DNA from: Bacillota bacterium
GTDB lineage: Bacteria; Bacillota; Clostridia; Peptostreptococcales; Anaerovoracaceae
NCBI GenBank assembly: GCA_017538125.1
Contig: JAFYJM010000002.1
Span: forward strand, 14,032 to 78,031
Direction: 5' to 3'
Length of the DNA: 64,000 nucleotides
Below, piece by piece: positions 1-10,546 of the stretch (positions are counted from its first letter, which is position 1; every line of letters starts with the position of its first letter). A model generated the notes under the pieces. The model did no database searches. It was not told the origin of the DNA and worked only from the letters and a program-made list of their open reading frames with translations. The position numbers and the translations under genes are program-made.

Positions 1-899
1 TTTTTGACCAGTTCTCTTATCTGGCGCTCGGTCATGCGCTTGCCTTGAAGGCTCAAAAATAACGCATCCTTATGCTCATCCTCGACCTCCGAGTCCGGTT
101 TGCGCTCATTATCCAGATAGTCATGGACAACTGCTGTCACTGAGTTATTGAGCGGCATAATGGACTCTTTGCCCCTCTTGCGGTAGATCTTGAACTCCCC
201 TCTTCCCCACTGAAACGAACTGATATTCAGCTGCTGAAGCTCGCTCAGTCTAAGTCCGTAAGTCAGGAATATGATCAGGATCGCCTTATCGCGCTTCTTG
301 GTCTTCTCCCAGAATGAACGCTCTTTCTCGGTAAGCCCCTGCCCTGTCGTCACCGCGTCCAGCATGATCATGACTTCATCGTCCTGCAATGCCTTGATCT
401 CTCGTTCGCCGGGCTTGGGTACGCGTATAGGATCGAAACCGTCGGTGATATTTTTGTCTACCATCTCATCGCGGTAAAGATATTTGAAGAGGACCGAGAC
501 GGAGGATTTTTTGCGGGCAAGTGACTTGTTGTCGTTGGTATAATAAGTCACGACCTTTTCGTCGACAACCTTGTATTTGCGGCAGTAATCGATGAAGAGG
601 TTTACATCGACAGCCTTAACTTTGTTCAGGTCTGAAAGCTTGATGTCTTTGGTGGTCTTGGCTTCCGTGAGATCCGTCTCATCGATCAGATACTGCATGA
701 AAAACCTGACGTCATGCAGATAGGCAAGTCTGGTCATCGGCAGAACGTTTCCTTTAAGGTACGCAAAATATCCCCTGAGGAACCTCGGCAACTGTTCCTC
801 AAGAGATTCGCACTCCATATATATGTCGTTTTCTTTTTTGATCACGTTATCCGGTTTATCGGACTTGTTATGTACGCGAACCGTCTTTTTTTCTGCCAT
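1..899 (-). CDS. Site-specific tyrosine recombinase, XerC/XerD-integrase family (3' end lies beyond the left edge of the window)
   Basis: Not in the supplied ORF track because it runs off the edge. The reverse complement of 1-899 reads MAEKKTVRVHNKSDKPDN...RGYFAYLKGNVLPMTRLAYLHDVRFFMQYL...KAILIIFLTYGLRLSELQQLN... This gives an N-terminal core-binding domain plus the GLRxSEL arginine box of tyrosine recombinases. The ATG at 897-899 lies 1 nt after the miaA stop (901-903). Confidence 0.7.
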   Translation of the reverse strand, partial: MAEKKTVRVHNKSDKPDNVIKKENDIYMECESLEEQLPRFLRGYFAYLKGNVLPMTRLAYLHDVRFFMQYLIDETDLTEAKTTKDIKLSDLNKVKAVDVNLFIDYCRKYKVVDEKVVTYYTNDNKSLARKKSSVSVLFKYLYRDEMVDKNITDGFDPIRVPKPGEREIKALQDDEVMIMLDAVTTGQGLTEKERSFWEKTKKRDKAILIIFLTYGLRLSELQQLNISSFQWGRGEFKIYRKRGKESIMPLNNSVTAVVHDYLDNERKPDSEVEDEHKDALFLSLQGKRMTERQIRELVK

Positions 900-900
900 A

Positions 901-1827
901 TCATTCATTGATGAGATCCATCATCCTGTCAAAAGCCTCTTCTTCGCCGAGTTCAGAGATGTTGAACCAGTGCATGTCTTCATATCTTCTGAACCAGGTC
1001 ATCTGCCTTCTCGCGAAATGCCTGGTGTTCTTCTTAATATTGTCTATGGCTTCTTCCTTTGTGCATAAGCCATCGAAGTAAGCGATCACTTCCTTGTAGC
1101 CGATACCTTTCATGGAGATGTCTTCTTCCTGAAGGCCCATCTCAAGAAGCGACTCCACTTCTTCAAAAAGACCTTCTGAGACCATGATATCCACCCTGTG
1201 GTTTATCCTGTCATATAACTCCGCACGATCACGATTTATCCCGATGAGAAGGACACCATAATCGCTTGTCTTTTCCCTGAGTTTGCTCAGATCTCCCACA
1301 CCCGTTCCTCTCATAGCCCCTTCAAGGGCTCTGATGACCTTTTTAACGTTGTTTGGGTGGATGGCCGAGGCTTTGGCCGGATCTATCGCTTCGAGCTTCT
1401 TATGGACGAATTCAGGCCCGAAAAGCTCCGCCTCATCCATAAGTGTCTGCCTGAGTTCCTCATCTTTCTCTGTCCCTGAGAAATCCATATCGTACAGCAA
1501 AGAATTCAGATACAAGCCTGTCCCGCCGCAGATCATGGGGATCTTGCCTCTCGAAAAGATATCTTCGATGCATCCCTTAGCCAGATCTCTGTAGAGCGCT
1601 ACGCTGAACTCCTCTCTCGGATCGATCTCATCCACGAGCCAGTGCTTGACACGAGCTCGCTCTTCAGAGGTGGGCTTAGCCGAGCCGATGTCCATGAATT
1701 TATAGATCTGCATCGAGTCACACGAAATTATCTCGCCCCCGACAGCTTCAGCGATCTTTATAGCGTATTCGGTTTTACCTGAAGCCGTAGGCCCTGCTAC
1801 GGCTATTATCCTTCTATCGTCTGTCAT
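901..1827 (-). CDS. miaA: tRNA dimethylallyltransferase
   Basis: 308 aa. P-loop IIAVAGPTASGKT at the N-terminus, IPPT family pattern (ISCDSMQIYKFMDIGSAKP, HWLVD), and position downstream of mutS-mutL. Confidence 0.9.
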   Translation of the reverse strand: MTDDRRIIAVAGPTASGKTEYAIKIAEAVGGEIISCDSMQIYKFMDIGSAKPTSEERARVKHWLVDEIDPREEFSVALYRDLAKGCIEDIFSRGKIPMICGGTGLYLNSLLYDMDFSGTEKDEELRQTLMDEAELFGPEFVHKKLEAIDPAKASAIHPNNVKKVIRALEGAMRGTGVGDLSKLREKTSDYGVLLIGINRDRAELYDRINHRVDIMVSEGLFEEVESLLEMGLQEEDISMKGIGYKEVIAYFDGLCTKEEAIDNIKKNTRHFARRQMTWFRRYEDMHWFNISELGEEEAFDRMMDLINE

Positions 1828-1838
1828 TTATCGGATTA

Positions 1839-3944
1839 TCACTGGACGCGTTTGAACATCTTTTCGAGGTCATACTGGGTGAGTCTAACGGCTGTAGGTC
1901 TGCCATGCGGGCAGCTGAAAGGATTCCTGCAGTTCGCCAGATCCTTGAGGAGTGCCTTCATCTCATTTAATGAAAGCTTGTCATGGGCTTTGATCGCAGC
2001 CTTACAGGACATCATTATGAGCTTATTGATCACGACAGTGTTCCTCATGCCTGTGCCGGTCTTTATGTTCGCGAGGAAATCCTTGATGAACTCTTCAGCC
2101 TCACCGATCTCCATGAACATCGGTATCTCGGTGATCCTGAAAGCGTTCCCGCCGAACTCCTCGATAGTGAAGCCCATCTCGGTCAATGTGTCGATCCATT
2201 CATTCGAATTCTCCAGCTGTGAATAATCGACGTTTATAATGATCGGCACCATAATGGTCTGGCGGACTTTCTCGCCGGATTCATATTCACTTACGAGTTT
2301 CTCGTAGAACACCCTCTCCTGAGCGGCATGCTGGTCGATCAGGTAGAAATTATCTTCATCTGTAGCCGTGATATATGTATCAAAGATGCATCCTGTGACC
2401 CAGAGATCATTGAAATCGAAGGGCCTCAGGAGCGGCGAATAGATCTCAATCGGTGTTTTTTGCTCCTGGATACTGAGTCTCTGCTCTGATGCCTGTCTTC
2501 TGGCTGACGGTGTCTGGGTATCTATAGGTGCGGTGATCTTTGATTCATCGAACTTGAATTCGAAATCGGATACCGGATCTGACGGCCTGTCGGCCAGTAT
2601 AGGCTCGGCCATTACAGATCCCGCTGGTTCAGCTATTGCAGATGTTTCTTCCTTTACAGGAACCGCCCCGACCGCCGGCTTAGGTTCAGGAGTATGTTCA
2701 GGAGCAGGCTCGGGCACGGCGATTTTCACCGGATCAGGTACTTCAGGCGATCTTAGGCTTTCCCAGGACTTGGGCGCTTCGGGCTTATTCTCGATGGCGT
2801 TCAGCATCGATCTGATGTCGACCTGCTGTCCATCTGACCTGGATGTCTCCGATTTATCCTTGAAAAGGTCACTTCCCCTCCTGTCATCTCTCATGAACGA
2901 AGGTATACCCTCCATCTTTTCCATGCGGGCATATACCGCCTCAGACGCATCAACGACCGCATCCTTGGATGAAAGCGCTTCGGTGATGGCTTTGCCGATG
3001 AATTCTGCGACCTTGCCCTCTTCGTCGAAGCGTACTTCCCTCTTGTTCGGATGGATGTTCACGTCGAGGCTCTTCGGATCAGTCTGCAGGAAAAGGAAGC
3101 AGACCGGATATCTCCCTTCGAACAGTCTTTCCCTGTAGCCGAAGGACACTCCCCTCTCCATGACCTTGGATTCGACCGACCTGCCGTTAACGAAAAAGAT
3201 CTGCGACGTACGTGACGTCCTGGACATCGCGGGAGTTGAGATATATCCCTCGAGGCTCATGCCGTCTTCTTCATAATCTACAGGAACCATATGCTTCTGG
3301 TCTATTCCCGGATATACCCTGAGAATAGCCTTGAAACGGTTACCGTCTCCCACGGTGGTGAAGAGGATCTTGTCATTGTTGATCAGCCTGAACTTTATGT
3401 CTTTATATGCGATAGCCATGCGGCTGATGAAATCGATTATCAGACTTGCTTCAGCGGAATCTGTCTTAAGGAACTTAGCCCTTGCAGGAGTGTTATAAAA
3501 AAGGTCTGTCACGACGATCGTAGTGCCGTCAGGGCAGCCTGTCTGATCCTTGGTGAAGGCTCTGCCTCCTCTGTAGACGAGCCTTACGCCGGTCTTGGCG
3601 TCCCTGACTTTGGTTATCATCTCTGTTTGGCTGACAGCGCAGATAGAAGCGAGAGCTTCTCCTCTGAATCCCAGAGTCTCGATTGAATCAAGGTCTATTG
3701 CCTTTTCGATCTTTGACGTGGCATGGCGCAGAAAAGCAAGCTCGACCTCATCCTCAGGTATGCCTGAACCGTTGTCAGTGACCCTGATATACGTTTTGCC
3801 GCCGTTCTTTATCTCGCAAATGATCGACTCAGCGCCGGAATCCACAGCGTTTTCGACCAGTTCCTTGACGATCGAAAGCGGTCTCTCGATGACTTCGCCG
3901 GCTGCTATCTTGTCCGATACGGTTTTATCTAGTACTTTAATCAT
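1839..3944 (-). CDS. mutL: DNA mismatch repair protein MutL
   Basis: 701 aa. GHKL ATPase N-terminus (IAAGEVIERPLSIVKELVENAVDSGA, DNGSGI), a Pro/Glu-rich linker, and a C-terminal dimerisation domain. Overlaps the mutS stop by 4 nt. Confidence 0.95.
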   Translation of the reverse strand: MIKVLDKTVSDKIAAGEVIERPLSIVKELVENAVDSGAESIICEIKNGGKTYIRVTDNGSGIPEDEVELAFLRHATSKIEKAIDLDSIETLGFRGEALASICAVSQTEMITKVRDAKTGVRLVYRGGRAFTKDQTGCPDGTTIVVTDLFYNTPARAKFLKTDSAEASLIIDFISRMAIAYKDIKFRLINNDKILFTTVGDGNRFKAILRVYPGIDQKHMVPVDYEEDGMSLEGYISTPAMSRTSRTSQIFFVNGRSVESKVMERGVSFGYRERLFEGRYPVCFLFLQTDPKSLDVNIHPNKREVRFDEEGKVAEFIGKAITEALSSKDAVVDASEAVYARMEKMEGIPSFMRDDRRGSDLFKDKSETSRSDGQQVDIRSMLNAIENKPEAPKSWESLRSPEVPDPVKIAVPEPAPEHTPEPKPAVGAVPVKEETSAIAEPAGSVMAEPILADRPSDPVSDFEFKFDESKITAPIDTQTPSARRQASEQRLSIQEQKTPIEIYSPLLRPFDFNDLWVTGCIFDTYITATDEDNFYLIDQHAAQERVFYEKLVSEYESGEKVRQTIMVPIIINVDYSQLENSNEWIDTLTEMGFTIEEFGGNAFRITEIPMFMEIGEAEEFIKDFLANIKTGTGMRNTVVINKLIMMSCKAAIKAHDKLSLNEMKALLKDLANCRNPFSCPHGRPTAVRLTQYDLEKMFKRVQ

Positions 3945-6586
3945 AGCTTTTTCTTCAGTTCTTCCAGTATTTTTATAGCTTCGGATGGTGTGATGTTCAT
4001 CAAGTCGAGTTCTCTCAGCCTGGTGATTATTGGATCGGGCGTCAGGTCGAAGAAGGACATCTGCATATCTTCAGCGACCCTCGCCGCGGGTCTTTCTTTT
4101 TTAACAGGGAACTCGTGCGACATCGAACGCTCAACCCTTGCCTTATGCTCCTCGCCCTGTTCTTCAAGTTCAAGGAGCTTGTTCTTAGCCCTCTCCAGAA
4201 GGTCTTCCGGGATGCCGGCAAGCCTTGCGACTTGGATGCCATAGGACCTCGAAGCGCTTCCTTCGACGATCTTATGCAGGAAGACGACCGTCCCGCCTTC
4301 TTCTGCTACGTCCACATTAAGGTTCTTAACGCCTTTGATCTCGTCCTCCAGAACGGTAAGTTCATGATAATGAGTCGCAAAAAGCGTCCTGATGTGTGTA
4401 TGCTCATTGCAGAGTTCCTCCACGGCAGCCCAGGCTATCGATAATCCGTCATAGGTGGACGTTCCTCTTCCTATCTCGTCGAGGATGATGAGCGATCTCT
4501 CCCCTGCATTGTTCAGGATGTACGAGAGTTCCGACATCTCCACGAAGAAGGTCGATTGGCCCTGAGCCAGATTATCCGACGCCCCTATCCTCGTAAAGAT
4601 ACGGTCACAGACACCTATTCTGGCGGATTCTGCCGGAACGAAGCAGCCTGCCTGAGCCATAAGGACAATCAGCGCAGTCTGCCTCATGTAAGTCGATTTG
4701 CCGGCCATATTAGGGCCCGTGATCAGGAGCATAGACTGATCGGTACTGTTGACGTAGGTATCGTTCGACACGAAGAGCCCGTTATTCACGGTCTGCTCTA
4801 TCACAGGATGGCGTCCCTTGATGATATTGATCTCAAGGGAATCATCGATCACAGGTTTGACGTAGTCGAGTTTCTCTGAGACCGCCGCAAATGCCAGCAA
4901 AACATCCAGATCCGAGATCGCTTCTGAAGTTTCCTGTATATCTTTTATGTAAACTTGTATGTATTCCCTGATCTCGACGAAAAGTCTGTATTCAAGATCA
5001 TTAATCTTCGCCTCTGCGTTCAGTACCAGGTTCTCCATCTCTTTAAGTTCAGGTGTGATGTACCTCTCGCCGTTTACCAGGGTCTGTTTGCGTATGTATT
5101 CTTCGGGCACCTGGTCCGCAAAGGACTTCGATACCTCGATATAGTAACCGAATACTTTGTTGTATCCTACTTTGACGGTCTTGATGCCCGTCCTCTCCCT
5201 CTCCTTCTGTTCCAGGGAGGATATCCATTCTTTGCCGTCTCTTATAGAGAATTTGAGGTCATCCAGATCCTTGGAATATCCGGGTTTGATCAGTCCTCCG
5301 TCTCTAAGTGTGAAGCCTGCGTCCTCAGAGATGGCTTTCTCGATCCTGTCATGTATATCGCTGAAGTCGTGTATCTTCGAATCGATATCTCTGAGGATCT
5401 CCGAGCCCGCAGCATCAAGCTCGAATTTGATGTCCGGAAGCACCCTGAGCGAATGCTTGAGCGCTATAAGATCCTTGCCGTTGGCGTTGCCGTAGGCGAT
5501 CCTTCCCATGAGTCTCTGGAAATCATAGATCTCCTTCAGAGCCTCGCGGATATTGTTCCTCATAAGGAGCTCATTGAAGAGTTCCTCGACTCCGTCAAGC
5601 CTCCTGTTGATCTCTTTTGAGTCGTTAAGAGGCTCTCTAAGCCACTGCCTGAGACGTCTGGAACCCATGGCTGTCTGGCATTTATCCAGGATCCCCAGAA
5701 GACTGCCCTTGACGTTTTTGTCATAAAGGGTCTCGGTTATCTCAAGGTTTCTGATCGTGGCCTTGTCAAGGGTCATGTGAGTACCGATCTCATAGTGAGC
5801 TATCCTGGTAATGGCCTTAAGGTCCTGCTTCTGGGTCTCGAAAAGGTAAGAAAGCAGCGAACCAAGAGCCATGATGCATGCTTCCCTTCCATCTATCCCA
5901 AGGCTCATCAGTGAGATCGTATTGAACTGACTCAGGATCATAGCCCTGAAGCTCGTGAGATTATACGTACTGTCCGGGATGATATCCACGAACGCATCCG
6001 TCATCAGTTTTATCTCGTCCATGTCGAAGGCCTCGCTGAAGCCTTCGCTTACAATGATCTCACTCGGTTTGATCTTGACCAGTTCGTTCAGCAAGGTCTG
6101 CCTTATGTCGTCGCCGTGATACTCAGTGAGGTAAAGTTCTCCAGTAGAGATGTCTGAATAGCAGATGCCCAGTTCTCTGTCCTTCTCCGCAAAAAACACC
6201 GAGCAGATATAGTTGTTTTCGTCCTCCTTGAGCATAGTGCCTGAGGTGAGCGTCCCAGGGGTGACTATGCGTATGATGTCACGCTTGACGAGACCTTTGG
6301 CGAGCGCGGGATCTTCCATCTGTTCGCAGATCGCTACCTTGTATCCCTTCTCCACCAACCTGGCTATGTAGGTGTCTGCGGCATGGAAAGGGACGCCGCA
6401 CATCGGCGCCCTTTCCTCCAGACCGCAGTTTCTTCCTGTCAGTGTCAGTTCGAGTTCTTTTGATGCCAGTTTGGCATCATCATAAAACATCTCATAAAAA
6501 TCCCCGAGTCTAAAGAACAGTATGCAATCCTTATACTGCTCTTTTATTTCAAAATATTGTTCCATCATCGGGGATAATTTAGCCAT
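3941..6586 (-). CDS. mutS: DNA mismatch repair protein MutS
   Basis: 881 aa. TPMMEQYFEIKEQY N-terminus, Walker A GPNMAGKST, STFFVEMSE and DEIGRGTSTYDG motifs. Confidence 0.95.
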   Translation of the reverse strand: MAKLSPMMEQYFEIKEQYKDCILFFRLGDFYEMFYDDAKLASKELELTLTGRNCGLEERAPMCGVPFHAADTYIARLVEKGYKVAICEQMEDPALAKGLVKRDIIRIVTPGTLTSGTMLKEDENNYICSVFFAEKDRELGICYSDISTGELYLTEYHGDDIRQTLLNELVKIKPSEIIVSEGFSEAFDMDEIKLMTDAFVDIIPDSTYNLTSFRAMILSQFNTISLMSLGIDGREACIMALGSLLSYLFETQKQDLKAITRIAHYEIGTHMTLDKATIRNLEITETLYDKNVKGSLLGILDKCQTAMGSRRLRQWLREPLNDSKEINRRLDGVEELFNELLMRNNIREALKEIYDFQRLMGRIAYGNANGKDLIALKHSLRVLPDIKFELDAAGSEILRDIDSKIHDFSDIHDRIEKAISEDAGFTLRDGGLIKPGYSKDLDDLKFSIRDGKEWISSLEQKERERTGIKTVKVGYNKVFGYYIEVSKSFADQVPEEYIRKQTLVNGERYITPELKEMENLVLNAEAKINDLEYRLFVEIREYIQVYIKDIQETSEAISDLDVLLAFAAVSEKLDYVKPVIDDSLEINIIKGRHPVIEQTVNNGLFVSNDTYVNSTDQSMLLITGPNMAGKSTYMRQTALIVLMAQAGCFVPAESARIGVCDRIFTRIGASDNLAQGQSTFFVEMSELSYILNNAGERSLIILDEIGRGTSTYDGLSIAWAAVEELCNEHTHIRTLFATHYHELTVLEDEIKGVKNLNVDVAEEGGTVVFLHKIVEGSASRSYGIQVARLAGIPEDLLERAKNKLLELEEQGEEHKARVERSMSHEFPVKKERPAARVAEDMQMSFFDLTPDPIITRLRELDLMNITPSEAIKILEELKKKL

Positions 6587-6604
6587 GAGTAAGTTCCTTT
6601 TCGA

Positions 6605-7798
6605 TTATTTGCGCGCGTTGTACGCTTTGATGCCTTCTTTGATGATATTGATTCCCGCTCTCATGTCCTCGGCCTTGAGAACATAAGCGATACGGATGTC
6701 GGACTGGCCTACGCCCTTCGTGCCGTAGAATCCGCCTGCAGGCGCGAACATAACTGTCTCGCCGTTAACGTCGAACTCGGTGAGAAGGAACATAAGAAAT
6801 TCCTCAGCGTTGTCAACGGGAAGCTGGCATGTGATATAGAAAGCTCCTTCCGGAACACCGTACTTGATGCCTTCGATCTCATTCAGAGCTTCTACGGATA
6901 CGTTTCTTCTGTACTCATATTCTTTCTTGATGTCATCAAAGTATGAAGGATCGAGATTATAGAGGGCAGCTGAGCCGACCTGGTCAAGCGTAGGAACGCA
7001 GAGTCTGGCCTGGCAGATCTTCATAAGGTTCTGCATGAGCGGCTCGTTCTTGGAAGCGATGGAACCGATACGAGCTCCGCAGGCGGAGAATCTCTTGGAA
7101 ACGGAGTCTACGATGATCACGTTCTGCTCGGCTTCCTTGTAAGCTCCGAAGGTGGACATTTCTTTGCCGTCATAAGTGAATTCTCTGTAAACCTCGTCGC
7201 AGATCAGGTAAAGGTCGTTCTTTACAACGATGTCAACGATGAGATCCATCTCTTCTTTGGTGAGGACCTTGCCCGTGGGATTGCCCGGGTTGATGATGGC
7301 GATGGCCTTGGTCTTAGGAGAAAGAACGCCTTCGATCTTCTCCCTTACCGCATACTGATAACCGTCTTCAGCTGTGGTAGGAATGGCTACGATGTTTCCT
7401 CCGGCTGCTTTGATGAAGGTCTTGTAGTTTGTATAGAAAGGCTCTGCCATAATGACTTCATCACCTTCGTCCAGAATAGCTGTCATGATCATGCTGAGGG
7501 CTTCGGAACCGCCGTCAGTGATGAGAAGGTCCTTTTTCTCAAAATCGAGACCTAATCTTTTGTAGTATCCGACCAGCGCGTCCAGGAGTTCGGGAATACC
7601 CTGGGAATTGGCATAGGCAAGCACTTCCTGATCGAAGTTCTGGATGGCTTCAAAGAACGCTCTCGGAGTCTTGATGTCGGGCTGGCCGATGTTCAGTCCG
7701 TAGACCTTTTTGCCTGCTGCTCTTGCCTGGTCGGCATAAGGAACGAATTTTCTGATGGGAGATAATTCCATCTCCTGGATCTTTTGTGAAAGCTTCAT
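6605..7798 (-). CDS. PLP-dependent aminotransferase, class I/II (aspartate aminotransferase-like)
   Basis: 397 aa. NPGNPTG and SVSKRFSACGARIG (PLP-lysine context) motifs. Confidence 0.8.
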   Translation of the reverse strand: MKLSQKIQEMELSPIRKFVPYADQARAAGKKVYGLNIGQPDIKTPRAFFEAIQNFDQEVLAYANSQGIPELLDALVGYYKRLGLDFEKKDLLITDGGSEALSMIMTAILDEGDEVIMAEPFYTNYKTFIKAAGGNIVAIPTTAEDGYQYAVREKIEGVLSPKTKAIAIINPGNPTGKVLTKEEMDLIVDIVVKNDLYLICDEVYREFTYDGKEMSTFGAYKEAEQNVIIVDSVSKRFSACGARIGSIASKNEPLMQNLMKICQARLCVPTLDQVGSAALYNLDPSYFDDIKKEYEYRRNVSVEALNEIEGIKYGVPEGAFYITCQLPVDNAEEFLMFLLTEFDVNGETVMFAPAGGFYGTKGVGQSDIRIAYVLKAEDMRAGINIIKEGIKAYNARK

Positions 7799-7837
7799 TT
7801 TTTGATTCTCCTTTTCTTTAAAAATTAGCTTTAATAT

Positions 7838-8641
7838 CTATTTATCTAACTCACCATGTGAGTCTTCAACTATTTTGTTTATATCTTCATTGCTGAGCAA
7901 AACATCCATGTCCGCAGCCTTTTTCATATAAAGAAGATATTCTATGTTGCCTTTGGCGCCGGTTATAGGGCTGTAGGACAGCCCACAAGGCGTCAAATCG
8001 GCGTTTTCAGCGTATTTTATGACGTTTTCGATAACTTCACGGTGCACAGCCTTGTCGCGCACGATACCGCCTTTTCCGACCTTGTCCCTGCCTGCTTCGA
8101 ACTGGGGCTTGACCAGCGCCACGAGCTCACCGCCATCCTTAAGGAGACGCGAGGCGACGGGCAGGACCAGACTGAGGCTTATGAATGAAACGTCTATCGA
8201 TATGAAGTCCAGCTTTTCAAAGTTCTCCGTATCGAGATCCCTGACGTTTGTCTTTTCCATGACCACCACTCTGGGATCGATCCTTAGACTGTAAGCAAGC
8301 TGATTGGTGCCGACGTCAAGCGCGTAAACCTTCGATGCGCCGTTTTGGAGCATGCAGTCCGTAAAGCCTCCTGTGGAAGAACCTATGTCCATGCAGACCG
8401 AATCTTGGAGGCCGATATCCCAGATCTTGATCGACTTCTCAAGTTTGAGTCCTCCCCTGCTAACGTAGGGACAGGTATCGCCTTTCACCGTGATCTCCGA
8501 GTCCTCCGGAACCATGGTGCCGGCCTTGTCGTAACGCTCCTGACCTATGAAGACCAGGCCTGCCATAATGGCACGCTTAGCCTTCTCTCTTGAATCGAAA
8601 AATCCCTGCCTGACGAGAAGCACGTCGAGTCTTTCCTTCAT
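7838..8641 (-). CDS. tlyA: TlyA family rRNA 2'-O-methyltransferase (S4 domain plus FtsJ fold)
   Basis: 267 aa. S4-like N-terminus RLDVLLVRQGFFDSREKAKRAIMAG, SAM motif DIGSSTGGFTD, and conserved position after dxs. Confidence 0.85.
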   Translation of the reverse strand: MKERLDVLLVRQGFFDSREKAKRAIMAGLVFIGQERYDKAGTMVPEDSEITVKGDTCPYVSRGGLKLEKSIKIWDIGLQDSVCMDIGSSTGGFTDCMLQNGASKVYALDVGTNQLAYSLRIDPRVVVMEKTNVRDLDTENFEKLDFISIDVSFISLSLVLPVASRLLKDGGELVALVKPQFEAGRDKVGKGGIVRDKAVHREVIENVIKYAENADLTPCGLSYSPITGAKGNIEYLLYMKKAADMDVLLSNEDINKIVEDSHGELDK

Positions 8642-10546
8642 CTACTCACTCCTCTTCTTTCCTATATGGATGCCGTCCTTTTCGAGATCGTTCTTAAGGA
8701 ATTTAAGTATCGAAGATGCGATCTTCTCAGGCGTCAATCCATACTTATCGGCGAGTTCTTCGAAAGTTCCGTGCTCCACGAAGGTATCAGGCCAGCCGAA
8801 CCTCAGTATGTGGCAGTGTTCGTCAAGAAGCCTGTTAGCCAGGTTATCGCCGAATCCTCCTGCGATCACGTTGTCCTCAATAGTAACGATATAAGTCGGT
8901 TCGCAGTCTTTGAACGGGCTGACATCCAGAGGCTTCTCCATCGTAACGTCCACAAGTCCGCAGTTGAAGCCCTTCTCGTCCAGGATCTCCTTGACCTTAA
9001 CAGCCGTCGGGAACATCTTGCCGAGGGACCAGATCTCGATAGCCTCTCCTTCGGACACTCTCCTGCAGCCCGGAGTGAACTCTTCCTCCTGGTCATAAAG
9101 ATCGGCATTCACACACACACCCCTTGGATACCTGATAGCCACCGGACCGTTCTCTTTGTTCGCCCAGTCCATCATTGCCTGCAATTCCCTGCCGTCCTTC
9201 GGCGCCAGCACCTTCATGTTCGGCATAGTGTTCAGATAAGACAGATCGAAGATCCCATGGTGTGTCTCTCCGTCAGCGCCTACGACTCCGGCACGGTCAA
9301 GCAAGAAGACCGCGTGAAGATCCTGAAGGCAAATATCTTCAAGGAGCTGATCGTAAGCTCTCTGCAGGAAAGAAGAATAAATGCATACATATGGCTTAAG
9401 GCCTTCCTTTGCGAGTCCCGCAGCGAAGGTCACTCCGTGCTCCTCGGCGATCCCAACGTCATAGTACCTCTCGGGGATCTCGATGGAATAATCTTTGAGA
9501 CCTGTGGCTTCTCCCATGGCGGCTGTTATCGCCACGATATCAGGGTCATTCTTAGCCATCTCAAGAAGATGCTGCCCCATGACTTTTGAAAAGCTCGGGA
9601 GCTCGCTTTTTTTGAGTGGCTCTCCGGTCTCCGGATCGAACGGTCCGATGCCGTGGAACTTTCTGGGATATTTCTCTGCGTTAGTATAACCCTTGCCTTT
9701 TTTGGTAAGGCAATGTATGACGACCGGCTCGTTGAGGCCCTTGGCCTTCTCCAGAGCAGCCGTGACCTGCTTGAGATCGTGACCGTCAATGGGTCCGAAG
9801 TAAGTGATGCCGAGGTTCTCAAAGAATATTCCCGGGTTGTTCATAAGTGTATATTTAAGGTCGTTCTTGAACGAAGCCAGCCCCTTGCCTATGCTCTTGG
9901 CGGCTTTGGAACCGTCCATCTTGTCCTTAACGAACTTCTTCGCGTTCAAATATCCGTGAGACGTGCGGATCGTTCCGAGGTATTTGGATATCCCTCCTAC
10001 GTTCTTCGAAATGGACATACCATTATCGTTCAGGATGATTATGACCTTGTTCTTTTTGAAACCCAGGTTATCCATGGCTTCATAGGCCATACCGCCGGTG
10101 AGCGAACCATCGCCTATCACGGCGATGACCTCATAGTCTTCGCCCTTAATGTCCCTGGCGGCGGCCATACCCATGGCCACGCTTATCGACGTGGTAGAAT
10201 GGCCTGTATCGAAAGCGTCATGCTCAGATTCCTTGGTCTTCGGGAAACCGCTCAGACCTCCGAACTTCCTGAGGTCATCGAAGCCTTCTGCCCTTCCGGT
10301 AAGGATCTTATGTACGTAGGACTGATGACCTACGTCCCAGATGATCTTGTCCTTAGGGCTGTCAAAGACTTTATGGAGGGCTATGGTCAATTCGACTACT
10401 CCAAGATTGGACGCTATGTGCCCGCCGGTCCTGGATACTTTTTCAATGAGGAATTCCCGGATCTCTACGGCCAGAAGTTCGAGTTCCTTCTCGCTCATGG
10501 TCTTGAGATCGGCCGGGAAATCATAATCTGTAAGTTTTTTCATCAT
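8642..10546 (-). CDS. dxs: 1-deoxy-D-xylulose-5-phosphate synthase
   Basis: 634 aa. GGHIASNLGVVELTIALH, GDGSLTGGMAYEAMN-like TPP motif, transketolase-like C-terminus. Confidence 0.95.
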   Translation of the reverse strand: MMKKLTDYDFPADLKTMSEKELELLAVEIREFLIEKVSRTGGHIASNLGVVELTIALHKVFDSPKDKIIWDVGHQSYVHKILTGRAEGFDDLRKFGGLSGFPKTKESEHDAFDTGHSTTSISVAMGMAAARDIKGEDYEVIAVIGDGSLTGGMAYEAMDNLGFKKNKVIIILNDNGMSISKNVGGISKYLGTIRTSHGYLNAKKFVKDKMDGSKAAKSIGKGLASFKNDLKYTLMNNPGIFFENLGITYFGPIDGHDLKQVTAALEKAKGLNEPVVIHCLTKKGKGYTNAEKYPRKFHGIGPFDPETGEPLKKSELPSFSKVMGQHLLEMAKNDPDIVAITAAMGEATGLKDYSIEIPERYYDVGIAEEHGVTFAAGLAKEGLKPYVCIYSSFLQRAYDQLLEDICLQDLHAVFLLDRAGVVGADGETHHGIFDLSYLNTMPNMKVLAPKDGRELQAMMDWANKENGPVAIRYPRGVCVNADLYDQEEEFTPGCRRVSEGEAIEIWSLGKMFPTAVKVKEILDEKGFNCGLVDVTMEKPLDVSPFKDCEPTYIVTIEDNVIAGGFGDNLANRLLDEHCHILRFGWPDTFVEHGTFEELADKYGLTPEKIASSILKFLKNDLEKDGIHIGKKRSE

